Source of the DNA: an uncultured Mycoplasma sp.
GTDB lineage: Bacteria; Bacillota_I; Bacilli_A; RF39; UBA660
Direction of reading: 5' to 3'
DNA: 64,000 nucleotides
Assembly (NCBI GenBank): GCA_947642635.1
Contig: CANRTI010000002.1
Span: 56,765-120,764, forward strand
Both the position numbers and the translations under genes were made by a program. How positions within the stretch are numbered: position 1 is the first letter of the stretch; each line of letters begins with the position of its first letter. Positions 38,636 to 48,278 of this stretch are shown here, one piece after another. The notes beneath the pieces are model-generated. The model ran no database searches and was not told the origin of the DNA. It saw nothing but the letters and a program-made list of their open reading frames with translations.

Positions 38636-39002
38636 AAAATGTTTTTTCTGAATAATCATGTGAATAATTAATTCTTTCCATAAATTCTACATAATCTAAA
38701 TAAATCATTCTAATTAAATACCAATTTCCAGTAACGGGATCACTTATTATTAAATGATCTCTTCCAGCCTCTTCAATTATTCCCGAATAAATTTTATTTT
38801 GCCATTCACTACTATCTGGATAAGAGACATAAGCATTAACTCTCTTTCCTTTATTAAGTCTTAAAATATTCTCAATATAACTTTGTTCCATTGGCATCAA
38901 ACTAGAAGAAGAAATGTTTCCTGGTGGAGTAGTTGGAGCAGGACTTGGCATAGGTGTTTGATTACTTGGAAAAGTTGGATTTTGATAATAATTACCGTTC
39001 AT
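38634..39002 (-). CDS. gerQ: spore coat protein GerQ-like
   Basis: A Pro/Gln/Ser-rich N-terminus is followed by ...YIENILRLNKGK.V..YVSYPDSSEWQNKIYSGIIEEAGRDHLIISDP.TGNWYLI.MIYLDYVEF, as in GerQ/YwdL. Confidence 0.7.
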   Translation of the reverse strand: MNGNYYQNPTFPSNQTPMPSPAPTTPPGNISSSSLMPMEQSYIENILRLNKGKRVNAYVSYPDSSEWQNKIYSGIIEEAGRDHLIISDPVTGNWYLIRMIYLDYVEFMERINYSHDYSEKTF

Positions 39003-39091
39003 TTTAATTCACCTCTCTAAAATATATGAGAGAAAATTAGAAACTTGCAAGAAAGATAAATATTCTGTATAATTATAATAGGGTAGATTAG

Positions 39092-39985
39092 ATGAAGAAG
39101 AAAGTAGAAGAGCAAAATTTTGATAAAAAAGAAGTTATTGTAACAGGAATATCATTTGTATTTGGAACTTTTTGTCTAGCATTATGTTACAATCTATTTT
39201 TTATATCGAATAGTATAGTTGTGGGTGGAACATCTGGTCTAGCTATTATCGTTGAAGAATTAACAGGTTTTAATGCTCAAATTTTCATTTATGTAGCGGC
39301 ATTTATATTATTAATTATTAGCTATATATTTTTAGGAAAAGAAGATACCCAAAGAACTTTAATTGGTTCATTTCTATATCCCTTATTTATAACATTTACA
39401 GCACCAATTGCCAAATTTTTACTACAATATGTAGTCTTTCAAGAAATATTAGTAACAGTCGTTTTAGCAGGACTATTATATGGCTGTAGTAATGGACTTA
39501 TTTACCGAGCAGGATATTCCACTGGTGGCAGTGATGTTATTATGAAATTATGTGTGAAATATTTTCATTTTACAGAAGGAAAATCAAGTCTTATATTTAA
39601 TGTTTTTATTATTTTGTTTGGTGGGTTTGTATTTGGTATAGATACTGCTGTTTATGCCATAATTATTTTGGTAATTAGTTCATTTTTAGTTGATAAAATA
39701 TCAATGGGCATATCTAATAGTAAAAAATTTATGATATATACTAAAGAGTCCAAAAAAGTTCAAAGTATTATTAAAGAAGATTTTAAAACTGGCTTTACAA
39801 TTTTTCCGACAGTTGGCGGCTACTCACATACTAAAAGTGCTATGATTATGTGTGTTATTCGTAATCGTGATGTTAATTTATTTAAAGATAAAATTTTAGA
39901 TATTGATAAAACTGCTTTCTTTGTTATTAGTGATTGTTATGAAGTTCAGGGCGGTGTAAAAAGGTCAAATTTACCATTTATGTAA
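39092..39985 (+). CDS. YitT family membrane protein (with C-terminal DUF2179-like domain)
   Basis: ...CYNLFFISN.IVVGGTSGLAII... and ...GYSTGGSD..., with the C-terminal ...GFTIFPTVGGYS......MCVI... Confidence 0.8.
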   Translation: MKKKVEEQNFDKKEVIVTGISFVFGTFCLALCYNLFFISNSIVVGGTSGLAIIVEELTGFNAQIFIYVAAFILLIISYIFLGKEDTQRTLIGSFLYPLFITFTAPIAKFLLQYVVFQEILVTVVLAGLLYGCSNGLIYRAGYSTGGSDVIMKLCVKYFHFTEGKSSLIFNVFIILFGGFVFGIDTAVYAIIILVISSFLVDKISMGISNSKKFMIYTKESKKVQSIIKEDFKTGFTIFPTVGGYSHTKSAMIMCVIRNRDVNLFKDKILDIDKTAFFVISDCYEVQGGVKRSNLPFM

Positions 39986-40025
39986 ATAAAAATTTTTGAT
40001 ATAATTAAATAGGAGTATAAAAAAT

Positions 40026-40727
40026 ATGAAGTTTATTGAAGTTAAAAATGTAAATAAAACATATTCAACAGGAGTAACTGCTCTTGCTGATTTAACGTTA
40101 GAGATAAATAAAGGCGAATTTGTTTTTGTAATCGGACCATCTGGTAGTGGAAAATCTACATTTATAAAAATGCTATACCGGGAAGAAAAACCAACAAAAG
40201 GAAGTGTTGTTGTCGGTGGAGTTAACGTAGCCAAATTACGAAATGGTCGAGTATATAAATTAAGAAGAAAAATTGGAGTTGTTTTCCAAGACTTTAAATT
40301 GTTACCAAAATTAACTGTATATGAAAATGTTGCATTTGCGTTAGAATCTTTAGGAATGAAAAATCGTGATATTCGTCCGAAAGTTATGAAAGCAATTGAA
40401 ATTGTTGGATTAAAAGAAAAAGTTCGAAGTTTTCCCCATCAATTATCGGGAGGCGAGCAACAAAGAGTATGTATTGCAAGAGCTATAGTAAATGAACCAA
40501 AACTTTTAATTTGCGATGAACCAACAGGAAATTTAGATCCAGATACTAGTAAAGAAATCGCAGGCGTTATTGAAAGTATTAATAAGGATTTAAAAACAAC
40601 CGTTATCATGGCTACTCATGACCGTGAAATAGTTAATAAAATGAAAAAGAGGGTTTTATTAATTGAACGAGGTGTTTTAACTGGCGATTATTTGAAAGGA
40701 AGTTACAAGTCTCATGAAAGCGCTTAG
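40026..40727 (+). CDS. ftsE: cell division ATP-binding protein FtsE
   Basis: Walker A GPSGSGKST, signature LSGGEQQR and Walker B LLICDEPTGNLD; followed by ftsX. Confidence 0.92.
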   Translation: MKFIEVKNVNKTYSTGVTALADLTLEINKGEFVFVIGPSGSGKSTFIKMLYREEKPTKGSVVVGGVNVAKLRNGRVYKLRRKIGVVFQDFKLLPKLTVYENVAFALESLGMKNRDIRPKVMKAIEIVGLKEKVRSFPHQLSGGEQQRVCIARAIVNEPKLLICDEPTGNLDPDTSKEIAGVIESINKDLKTTVIMATHDREIVNKMKKRVLLIERGVLTGDYLKGSYKSHESA

Positions 40728-41607
40728 AATAATTGGAAGAAGCATTCGCGACACTTTCAAAAGTGTTTTACGTAATTTTAGTTTGAGCATGGCCTCAATT
40801 CTATGTGCTACAATTACTTTAATGGTTGTTGCAATATCATTAGTAGTTGCAGGAAATGTTAAAAATGCAACTAAAAGTCTTGAAGAAGAATTAAATATAG
40901 TAGTTTATTTGGAAAAAACGGCTGTCGAAGAAGACATTAGTTTTATTAAGTCTTCGATTGAAAAAATAAAAAATGTTGAAAAAGTTGAATTTAAAAGTAA
41001 AGAAGATTGGAAAACAGAAATGAGTTCTTATGACCCTTCTATTAGTGCCATCTTTGAAAAATATGAAAATAATCCTTTACGAGATTCATTTACAGTAAAA
41101 GTAATAGATGTTCGCAGTTTAGAAGAAGTTGCGGATGCGATAAAAAAGATGGACCGTGTAGAGAGTGCTAACTATGGTGAAGAAGCAGTTAGTACAATTG
41201 TTGATATTTTTGATGTTGTTGAAAAAGTGACTGCCGTTGTTGTTATTGCATTAATTTTTGTGACAGCATTTCTTATAACAAACACCATAAAATTAACTAT
41301 TTATTCTCGTAAAAATGAAATTGAAATTATGCGTTTAGTAGGAGCTAGTAATACAGCAATAAAATTACCATTTGTGTTTGAAGGATTTGTTATAGGGTTA
41401 ATCGGTTCCATCATTCCTGTTATTATAATTATTTATGGTTATATAATTGCATACAACAGTTTAAATGGACATTTAATTTCAAACTTAATTACTTTAATAA
41501 ATCCTTATAATTATGTATTCTATATAGCTTTAATTACTGCCGGTTTAGGAGCTGTAATAGGAATGTTTGGAAGTCTTCGTGCAGTTAGAAAGTATTTGAA
41601 AATATGA
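40714..41607 (+). CDS. ftsX: cell division permease-like protein FtsX
   Basis: ...RN...S.ASI..... The protein has 4 TM helices with a large first extracellular loop, and ...EIEIMRLVGASN..I..PF..EG... Confidence 0.9.
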   Translation: MKALRIIGRSIRDTFKSVLRNFSLSMASILCATITLMVVAISLVVAGNVKNATKSLEEELNIVVYLEKTAVEEDISFIKSSIEKIKNVEKVEFKSKEDWKTEMSSYDPSISAIFEKYENNPLRDSFTVKVIDVRSLEEVADAIKKMDRVESANYGEEAVSTIVDIFDVVEKVTAVVVIALIFVTAFLITNTIKLTIYSRKNEIEIMRLVGASNTAIKLPFVFEGFVIGLIGSIIPVIIIIYGYIIAYNSLNGHLISNLITLINPYNYVFYIALITAGLGAVIGMFGSLRAVRKYLKI

Positions 41608-42821
41608 TATATAAAAAGATAAGAAAAATATTATTAGGTATTATTTGTTTAGGGCTTTTAATAACAACTAATGTTGTTGCCGAAACACCAAAAAAAGGTG
41701 AAACTTTAGGAACAATGCGCCAAAAATTAAAAACTTTACAAGCAGAAGAACAAGCAAGAAAAAATAAAGAAAATCAAACAAAAGGCGAAATTAAAGCTAA
41801 TCAAGCAAGTATTAATAAAGCAGAACAAGAATTAGCTGAAGCTCAAATCAAAATTGATGAAACAAAAATTGCTATTGAAAAAATGGGTGTAGAAATAGAA
41901 AAAGCTAAGACAGACTCTGAAGAATTGCTAGTTATCTATCAAAAACTAACAACTGAAAACATCTATTTACCATATATTACAGGAGCATCAACTATGACTG
42001 ATTTAATAATGCGTATTGATGCAGTTAATCAAATATCTGAAGCTAATAAAAATGAATTAAATAGATTAGAGTCTTTAGTTAAGAACAATGCTAAATTAGA
42101 AAAAGAATTAGCACGCTATCAAATTGAATTAGATGAAAAAATTGATGCTCACGAAAAAGCAATTGTTAATTTAAATGATGAGCTTAAAGCATTAGAAGAA
42201 GGAACATTAACCGTTGCAGAAAATATCGAAGCAATAAAAGAACAAATTAAATATTTTGAAGGTTTAGGTTGTAAAGAAGATCAAGAATTATTATCTTGTA
42301 TTAACATTGCTGATAATCAAGGTTGGCTAAAACCTATTTCCAAAGGACGTGTTACCAGTTTATACGGGCCAAGAAAAAGTCCAACTGGAAGTGCTAGTTC
42401 TTACCACCGAGGTATAGATATTGGTATTGCTGAGGGTACTAAAGTATATGGTGCAGCAAATGGAACAGTTGGAGCCATAACTAGAAAAGCATCCTGTGGT
42501 GGTAACATGGTTTATGTTTGGGCATATGTAAACGGAAAACCATACACTTATGTTTATATGCATTTACTAGAAATTCATGTTAATGTTGGTGATACTGTGA
42601 CAACTGGAACAGTAATTGGATTAAGTGGTGGTGGAAAAACTTCCATAAAACATGGCGGTTATGATAAATGTACAACAGGAGCTCACTTACATTTAGGAAT
42701 TAGCCAAGGAGCATTTTGGGGAAGTGATATTAAAAAATATCCATTAAGTAAATTTAATTCACATACTATGAATCCTCCTGGTTATCCAGGATTATATCAA
42801 TGGTTTTATAGTAGATACTAG
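41604..42821 (+). CDS. coiled-coil M23 peptidoglycan hydrolase (PcsB/EnvC-like FtsEX partner)
   Basis: Signal/TM N-terminus, ~200 aa of heptad-like Glu/Lys/Leu-rich sequence, then M23 motifs YHRGIDIG...YMHL...GAHLHLGI. The start overlaps the ftsX stop. Confidence 0.85.
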   Translation: MIYKKIRKILLGIICLGLLITTNVVAETPKKGETLGTMRQKLKTLQAEEQARKNKENQTKGEIKANQASINKAEQELAEAQIKIDETKIAIEKMGVEIEKAKTDSEELLVIYQKLTTENIYLPYITGASTMTDLIMRIDAVNQISEANKNELNRLESLVKNNAKLEKELARYQIELDEKIDAHEKAIVNLNDELKALEEGTLTVAENIEAIKEQIKYFEGLGCKEDQELLSCINIADNQGWLKPISKGRVTSLYGPRKSPTGSASSYHRGIDIGIAEGTKVYGAANGTVGAITRKASCGGNMVYVWAYVNGKPYTYVYMHLLEIHVNVGDTVTTGTVIGLSGGGKTSIKHGGYDKCTTGAHLHLGISQGAFWGSDIKKYPLSKFNSHTMNPPGYPGLYQWFYSRY

Positions 42822-42842
42822 CTAGATATTGGCTAGTTTTTT
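42817..42842 (+). terminator. Rho-independent terminator
   Basis: ACTAGC (42817-42822) pairs with GCTAGT (42832-42837), followed by a T run. Confidence 0.55.
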
Positions 42843-42874
42843 AATTTGTGGTAAAATACTATTTGTGATGAATT

Positions 42875-43831
42875 ATGAAAAAAGTTGTTATTTTTGGTGG
42901 CGGTAGTGGTCTATCCCAATTACTAAAAGGTTTAAAATTATTTCCTATTGATGTTACAGCAGTTGTTTCAGTATCGGATAATGGAAAAAGTACAGGTAAA
43001 TTACGAGAAGATTATAATATTCCGGCAGTTGGCGATATAACTAAAGTATTACTATCAATGGCTAATTGTGATCCCGACATTTTAGATTTAATGCATTACC
43101 GTTTTACAGAATCTAAATCTTTGGGTAATCATTCTATTAAAAATTTATTATTAACTGCTTTATTAGATCTTAAAGGAAGTTTTACTAATTCTTTACCTGT
43201 ATTAGAAAAATTATTAGATGTTAAAGGAAATATTTTACCATTAACTGAAGACAATGTTGATTTAGTGGGTATTCTTCCTAATAATAAAAAATTAATAGGA
43301 GAAGCCCAAATTACCAAAAGTAACGAAAAAATTACAAAAATAGAATATTCTAAAGAAATAACAGTTAATCCTAAAGTAATTGATGCTGTTAAAAAAGCCG
43401 ATTTAATAATATTATCTTCGGGAAGTCTTATTACTAGTATTATTCCTCATTTACTTAATAAAGAATTAAATAATGTAATTAGAAATAGTAAAGCTGAAAT
43501 TATGTATATTTGTAATTTATTTACTCAACCAGGCGAAACAGATGATTATAAAGTTAGTGACCATATTAATTTATTAGAAGAATATTTAGGTAAAGATACA
43601 ATTGATATTGTAGTAGCCAATAATAGTAAAATGAATTCTAAACTAGTTAAAAAATATGAGAAGAAGGAACAAAAAGACCAAATAATACTTGATAGTGATA
43701 ATTTAAAATTAATGAATAAAAAAATACTTGAAGATAAAATATACAAAATTGAAGAAGGATATTATCGTCATGATGCTTTAAAAACTGCTTATATAATATT
43801 CTCATATTTAATGGATGGGCATCGCAAATGA
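42875..43831 (+). CDS. yvcK: gluconeogenesis factor YvcK (CofD-like, UPF0052)
   Basis: KVVIFGGGSGLSQLLKGLK......AVVSVSDNGKSTGKLR... It lies directly upstream of whiA. Confidence 0.9.
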   Translation: MKKVVIFGGGSGLSQLLKGLKLFPIDVTAVVSVSDNGKSTGKLREDYNIPAVGDITKVLLSMANCDPDILDLMHYRFTESKSLGNHSIKNLLLTALLDLKGSFTNSLPVLEKLLDVKGNILPLTEDNVDLVGILPNNKKLIGEAQITKSNEKITKIEYSKEITVNPKVIDAVKKADLIILSSGSLITSIIPHLLNKELNNVIRNSKAEIMYICNLFTQPGETDDYKVSDHINLLEEYLGKDTIDIVVANNSKMNSKLVKKYEKKEQKDQIILDSDNLKLMNKKILEDKIYKIEEGYYRHDALKTAYIIFSYLMDGHRK

Positions 43832-44733
43832 CTTTTACAACTAAATTAAAAGAAGAGATAAGTAAATTATCACACAATGTTATTGAAAAAAAATGTATTA
43901 TTGATGGTTTTTTAAGATATAATGCTATAATAAATGATAAAATTATTATTACATTAGAAAATGCTGCAATCGCCCGATTTATTTATAAAATATTAAAAGA
44001 AACTTTTGATATCCAGCCTAAAATAACAATTCGTATTCAAAAACGATTTCGAGTTAAACAAATTTATATTTTAGAAATATATGATCGTGTAACATATATT
44101 AAAGAATTTTTAAGTATTGATACAATACCCAATTTAGATAGTGATGAAGAAAAAATTGCTTATTTAAAAGGAAGTTTTTTAGGAGTAGGAAATGTTTCTA
44201 ATCCTAAAACTAGTGGTTATCATTTAGAATATATTTTAGATAAAGAAAGTGATGCCAATTTTATAGTTAAACTTTTAAATTATTTTCGTTTAAATGCTAA
44301 AGTAATAAAAAGAGGGCAAAAATATATTAGCTATATTAAAATGAGTGAAAGTATCAGTGATTTAATCAAAATGTTTAAAGCTACAAATTCTTTGTTTGAA
44401 TTTGAAGATACTAGAATTTATCGCGATCATAAAAATATGGTTAACCGGCTTAATAATTGTGAAATAGCTAATCAAGAAAAAACAATTAAAAGTGGCTTAA
44501 ATCAATTAGAAGATATTAAATATCTAAAAGAAAATGATTTAATGTTTATGACTGATGAAAAAATGCAATTAGTAATTTTATATCGGGAAAAATATCCTGA
44601 AACATCTTTGCAAGAATTAGCAGAAATTATAAGTATGGAAACAGATTATAAAGTCGGAAAATCTGGAATTAATCATCATTTTCGACATTTGCATAAAATA
44701 AAAGAAAATCATTTAAACAACAATCAAAAGTAG
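43828..44733 (+). CDS. whiA: DNA-binding protein WhiA
   Basis: M.FT.K.KEE...... with a LAGLIDADG-like middle region and the C-terminal HTH ...SLQELAEIIS......KSGINHHFR.L. Confidence 0.9.
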   Translation: MTFTTKLKEEISKLSHNVIEKKCIIDGFLRYNAIINDKIIITLENAAIARFIYKILKETFDIQPKITIRIQKRFRVKQIYILEIYDRVTYIKEFLSIDTIPNLDSDEEKIAYLKGSFLGVGNVSNPKTSGYHLEYILDKESDANFIVKLLNYFRLNAKVIKRGQKYISYIKMSESISDLIKMFKATNSLFEFEDTRIYRDHKNMVNRLNNCEIANQEKTIKSGLNQLEDIKYLKENDLMFMTDEKMQLVILYREKYPETSLQELAEIISMETDYKVGKSGINHHFRHLHKIKENHLNNNQK

Positions 44734-44741
44734 GGGGAATT

Positions 44742-45179
44742 ATGGAAAAAATAACAGATGTTACTATTATTAGTACAAACTTAAATGAAAGAATTTTAGA
44801 AAAATACTCGGATTATCATGTCGTTAAGAATAATTATCAATTAGAAGATTTACTAAAATATCCTAAAATCATTTTTTATTGTCTTAATAAAAACTTACAA
44901 GAAGATTTTAAATATTTAAAAAAGAATAATATTTTATTTATAAATGTCACCAATGATATTGAAAATTCTTTATATACTAAAAATTTAATTGTCTATGATA
45001 AAGAAAAGATTTTAATTGAAGGTAATACATTAGCAGTATTAAAAAAAGAAAAGTTATTGAAAAGAATTGGCTTACAATTACCATTTTATGTAGAACTATC
45101 TATCTTATTAAAAGATTACAATTTAATTGATAAAATATATTTAGATAAAGAAAGTTTAAAGAGTGCATTATGGAACTAA
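44742..45179 (+). CDS. degenerate, N-terminally truncated EcfA1-like protein (no Walker A, signature or Walker B)
   Basis: The C-terminal ...ILFINVTNDIENSLYTKNLIVYDKEKILIEGNTLAVLKKEKLLKRIGLQLPFYVELSILLKDYNL...L.SALW parallels the B. subtilis EcfA C-terminus (...ITHDL.EA..ADRIIVM..G......P.EIF.....L..IGLDLPF...LS.LL...GL...). PKIIFYCLNKNL sits where Walker B should be. Confidence 0.6.
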   Translation: MEKITDVTIISTNLNERILEKYSDYHVVKNNYQLEDLLKYPKIIFYCLNKNLQEDFKYLKKNNILFINVTNDIENSLYTKNLIVYDKEKILIEGNTLAVLKKEKLLKRIGLQLPFYVELSILLKDYNLIDKIYLDKESLKSALWN

Positions 45180-45733
45180 AAAAAATTGTTGATAAATATA
45201 AAATAATTGGTGTAATAAGTAGTTACCAAAGCTCTCTTAAAAATACTGGTACAGTAAAAGATTTAAATGTTAAAAATTTAGAACAAGCATTAAAAATGGT
45301 TGGCTTATCCTCCCAATTTATTGATAAAAACTTACAAGATTTAACTATAAGTGAACTATGGAAAGTGGAATTAGCAACCAAACTACATCAAAAAATCATT
45401 ATTGTTGGTAACTTATTTGATAGTTTAAATCATCAAGATATAGAGTTTACTAAAAAATTATTATTAAAATTAAGTAATGAGTATAACAAAAAAATAATTA
45501 TTATTGATAATCATGTTGAAGTATTTTTTGAAGTAGTTAAAAGAATAATTGTTGTAAAAAATCATGAACAAGTTTATGAAACAAGTGATTTTTATGATGA
45601 CTTGCTTTATCAATATGTAAAAATGCCGAAGATTGTTGAATTTGTCAAATTTATTAATCAAAGTGGAATAAAACTTCAAAATCATACTGATATTTATGAA
45701 TTAATAAAAGATATTTACCGAGTTGTTTCATAA
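45170..45733 (+). CDS. degenerate, N-terminally truncated EcfA2-like protein (no Walker A; LSGGQ replaced by LTISE; Walker B replaced by IIIVGNL)
   Basis: KIIGVISSYQ...ALKMVGL...DLTISELWKVELATKL..KIIIVGNLFDSLN...IIIIDNHVE......RIIVV.N...V...... follows the ABC-ATPase order from Q-loop region to D-loop/H-loop region, but the catalytic residues are substituted. Confidence 0.55.
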   Translation: MELKKIVDKYKIIGVISSYQSSLKNTGTVKDLNVKNLEQALKMVGLSSQFIDKNLQDLTISELWKVELATKLHQKIIIVGNLFDSLNHQDIEFTKKLLLKLSNEYNKKIIIIDNHVEVFFEVVKRIIVVKNHEQVYETSDFYDDLLYQYVKMPKIVEFVKFINQSGIKLQNHTDIYELIKDIYRVVS

Positions 45734-46440
45734 TGCGTTATTTAATGATTATTAGCTATGATGGTAGTAAATTTCATGGCTTTCAAAGACAAAAAGATGT
45801 TCACAATGTTCAAGGGTATTTAGAAACACAATTAAGTAAAATATTAAATGAAGATATAATTATAAAAGGAGCTGGAAGAACCGATGCTTTAGTTCATGCC
45901 AGATATCAAGCTATCCATTTTGATACAAACAAAAAAATCGTTATTTCAAAAAGAGAAATAAATCAAGAACTAAAAGATTTAAAAATTAAAAAAATTAAGG
46001 AAGTTCCCAATACTTTTCATGCCAGACATAGTGTCAAAAGTAAGATTTATTTATACAAAATTGATTTAAAAGGTATTAAAAGTCCTCAATATTATGGTAT
46101 AATAAAAAATAAGTTGGATATTAAAAAGATTAAGAAAGCTAGTAAAGTTTTTTTAGGCACTCATGATTTTCGGAATTTTGTAGCAGGAAATAGAAGAGAT
46201 TATACAACAACTATAAAAAAGATTAAAATTTATAAAATAGGAAGCGTTTTATATTTAAAATTTTATGGGTATGGTTTTTATCGTTACATGGTTCGCAATT
46301 TAGTTGGGGCTTTGTTAGAAATAGGAAAGAAAAAAATCGATGAAGCATTATTAAAAAGTATGTTAGATACTAAAGAACTGAAAAAAATGCTACCTACCGC
46401 AAGACCAGAAGGACTATATCTATATAAAATAAATTATTAA
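45733..46440 (+). CDS. truA: tRNA pseudouridine(38-40) synthase TruA
   Basis: MRYLM.ISYDGSKFHGFQRQ... and GAGRTDALVHA. Confidence 0.92.
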   Translation: MRYLMIISYDGSKFHGFQRQKDVHNVQGYLETQLSKILNEDIIIKGAGRTDALVHARYQAIHFDTNKKIVISKREINQELKDLKIKKIKEVPNTFHARHSVKSKIYLYKIDLKGIKSPQYYGIIKNKLDIKKIKKASKVFLGTHDFRNFVAGNRRDYTTTIKKIKIYKIGSVLYLKFYGYGFYRYMVRNLVGALLEIGKKKIDEALLKSMLDTKELKKMLPTARPEGLYLYKINY

Positions 46441-46503
46441 ATGTATTAAAAAAAGATATTCACATAAAATATTAAAAATGAAATGGAAAGGATTTGATGG
46501 AAT

Positions 46504-47220
46504 ATGAAATGTAAAAAATGTGGAGAGGAAAACAAGAAAGACGCCAATTTTTGTATTAATTGTGGAGCTAATTTAAAAGAAGAAGTAAAAGAAAAAAATC
46601 AATCATTAGCTAATAACACATTTAAACAAATTGAAGGAGTTTTTAAAAGTCCTTATAAAACTATGAAAAGTTTTATCAAAGATGATAATTATATGATTGG
46701 GCTAATTTTTATGGCTATGAATATTGTTATACTAGCTCTTTGCTCAGTAGGATTATTAAAACATTTTTCAAAAATGGTAACTAATAGTTTTGGCTATCAC
46801 AATATGCACAACGCTTTTAATGCTTATAGTACAAGTTTAGATATTTCTTATTTAAAAGTATTTTTACTAGTCATAATAATCGGAGTTTTATCTTATGGAA
46901 TTTTTGGTGGTATGACCTATCTCATTAACACTTATTTATTTAAAGATAAACCCAATTATAAAAAAATTAGTGCTTGGTTAGGAATTAATTCTTTGGTTAA
47001 AACTGTAGCTTATATAGTCTTACTTATTATTTCTTTAGCTAGTCTTAAATTAGGAATTATTATTTATTTAACTTTTGCAATATTTTATATTTATAATTTA
47101 TTTACTAGTTTTAAACATGTAAGTAATGTAGATGATAATCATAAAGGATATGTTATAACACTAAGTCTACTAACTACTATTATAATTGTTGTCTTTATTT
47201 TACCAGCAATATTTTATTAA
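46504..47220 (+). CDS. zinc-ribbon domain membrane protein
   Basis: The N-terminus MKCKKCGEENKKDANFCINCGANL has CxxC...CxxC, followed by about 5 TM helices (Yip1-like topology). Confidence 0.6.
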   Translation: MKCKKCGEENKKDANFCINCGANLKEEVKEKNQSLANNTFKQIEGVFKSPYKTMKSFIKDDNYMIGLIFMAMNIVILALCSVGLLKHFSKMVTNSFGYHNMHNAFNAYSTSLDISYLKVFLLVIIIGVLSYGIFGGMTYLINTYLFKDKPNYKKISAWLGINSLVKTVAYIVLLIISLASLKLGIIIYLTFAIFYIYNLFTSFKHVSNVDDNHKGYVITLSLLTTIIIVVFILPAIFY

Positions 47221-47264
47221 TTATGGAAAAAGAGCGTTTTTATTCAGGAAAATGCCTTTTTTAA

Positions 47265-47293
47265 TTGACAAATACCCACTTTTTACATATAAT
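47265..47293 (+). promoter_or_regulatory. consensus sigma-A promoter of rplM-rpsI
   Basis: TTGACA (47265-47270), a 17-nt spacer, then TATAAT (47288-47293). Confidence 0.7.
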
Positions 47294-47372
47294 TTTAAAT
47301 GGTACATTTTATTTATGGAGTTTATTAGGCCCTGGGAAAGTTTAATAAATGAGATAATGAAAGGGAAAAATT

Positions 47373-47804
47373 ATGAAAACATTTATGCAAAAAAAAGAAA
47401 CAGTTGAAAGAAACTGGTATGTAATTGATGCTACAAATAAACCATTAGGTCGTGTAGCAACAAAAGCTGCGCATATTTTACGCGGCAAACACAAACCAAC
47501 ATATACTCCACATATTGATTGTGGTGATAATGTTATTATTGTTAATGCTAATAAAGTTGTATTAACAGGAAATAAGTTAAAAGACAAAAAATATTATAAT
47601 CACTCTGGTTATCCTGGAGGATTAAGAGAAAGAACTGCTGAAGTTATGATTGAAAAATATCCTGAAGAAATGCTTGAAAGAGCAGTAAAAGGAATGCTTC
47701 CACATAATAGATTAGGCAGAGCTATGGGTAAAAAGTTATTTGTTTATGCTGAAAATGAACATAAACATGAAGCTCAAAAACCAGTAGCTTTAGAAATTGA
47801 TTAG
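47373..47804 (+). CDS. rplM: 50S ribosomal protein L13
   Basis: ...WYVIDA....LGR.A...A..LRGKHKP.YTPH.D.GD.VI..NA.K...TG.K...K.YY.HSGYPGG... Confidence 0.96.
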   Translation: MKTFMQKKETVERNWYVIDATNKPLGRVATKAAHILRGKHKPTYTPHIDCGDNVIIVNANKVVLTGNKLKDKKYYNHSGYPGGLRERTAEVMIEKYPEEMLERAVKGMLPHNRLGRAMGKKLFVYAENEHKHEAQKPVALEID

Positions 47805-47812
47805 GAGGACTT

Positions 47813-48232
47813 ATGGCAAATAAACAAGTATGGACTGCAACAGGAAGAAGAAAAAGAGCAGTAGCTCAAGTAAAATTAGTTGGCGGTACTGGAAAAATAA
47901 CTGTTAATGGTGTTGATATTGATGAATATATGCCATCAGCAACATTAGTTATGGATTTAAAACAACCATTAGTAGCTACTGATAATGAAAATAGATTTGA
48001 CATTGAAATTAAAGTAAATGGTGGTGGCTTTAGTGGTCAAACAGGAGCTATTAGATTAGCTATTACTCGTGCATTATTAGAATTTGATAAAAATACTGAT
48101 CAAACAAGAGAAGATAGTTATCGTCATATTCTTAAAACAGCAGGATTTGTTACAAGAGATCCAAGAATTAAAGAACGTAAGAAATATGGTTTAAAGAAAG
48201 CACGTCGTGCTCCACAATTTTCAAAACGTTAA
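47813..48232 (+). CDS. rpsI: 30S ribosomal protein S9
   Basis: ...GTGRRK.AVA.V.L..G.G.I.VNG... and the end ...[12 protein letters not shown]. Confidence 0.96.
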   Translation: MANKQVWTATGRRKRAVAQVKLVGGTGKITVNGVDIDEYMPSATLVMDLKQPLVATDNENRFDIEIKVNGGGFSGQTGAIRLAITRALLEFDKNTDQTREDSYRHILKTAGFVTRDPRIKERKKYGLKKARRAPQFSKR

Positions 48233-48254
48233 TATTTTCAAGTTATTTCAAAGA

Positions 48255-48278
48255 ACTCATATTTTATATGGGTTTTTT
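48255..48278 (+). terminator. Rho-independent terminator after rpsI
   Basis: ACTCATAT (48255-48262) pairs with ATATGGGT (48266-48273) with one G-U pair, followed by T6. Confidence 0.65.

Noticed and set aside
47186-47587. ORFs 47186-47407 (+) and 47342-47587 (-) spanning the rplM promoter and leader.
   Set aside because: They overlap a consensus promoter, the leader and the conserved rplM coding start, and no SD is present. The region is better explained as regulatory DNA plus rplM.
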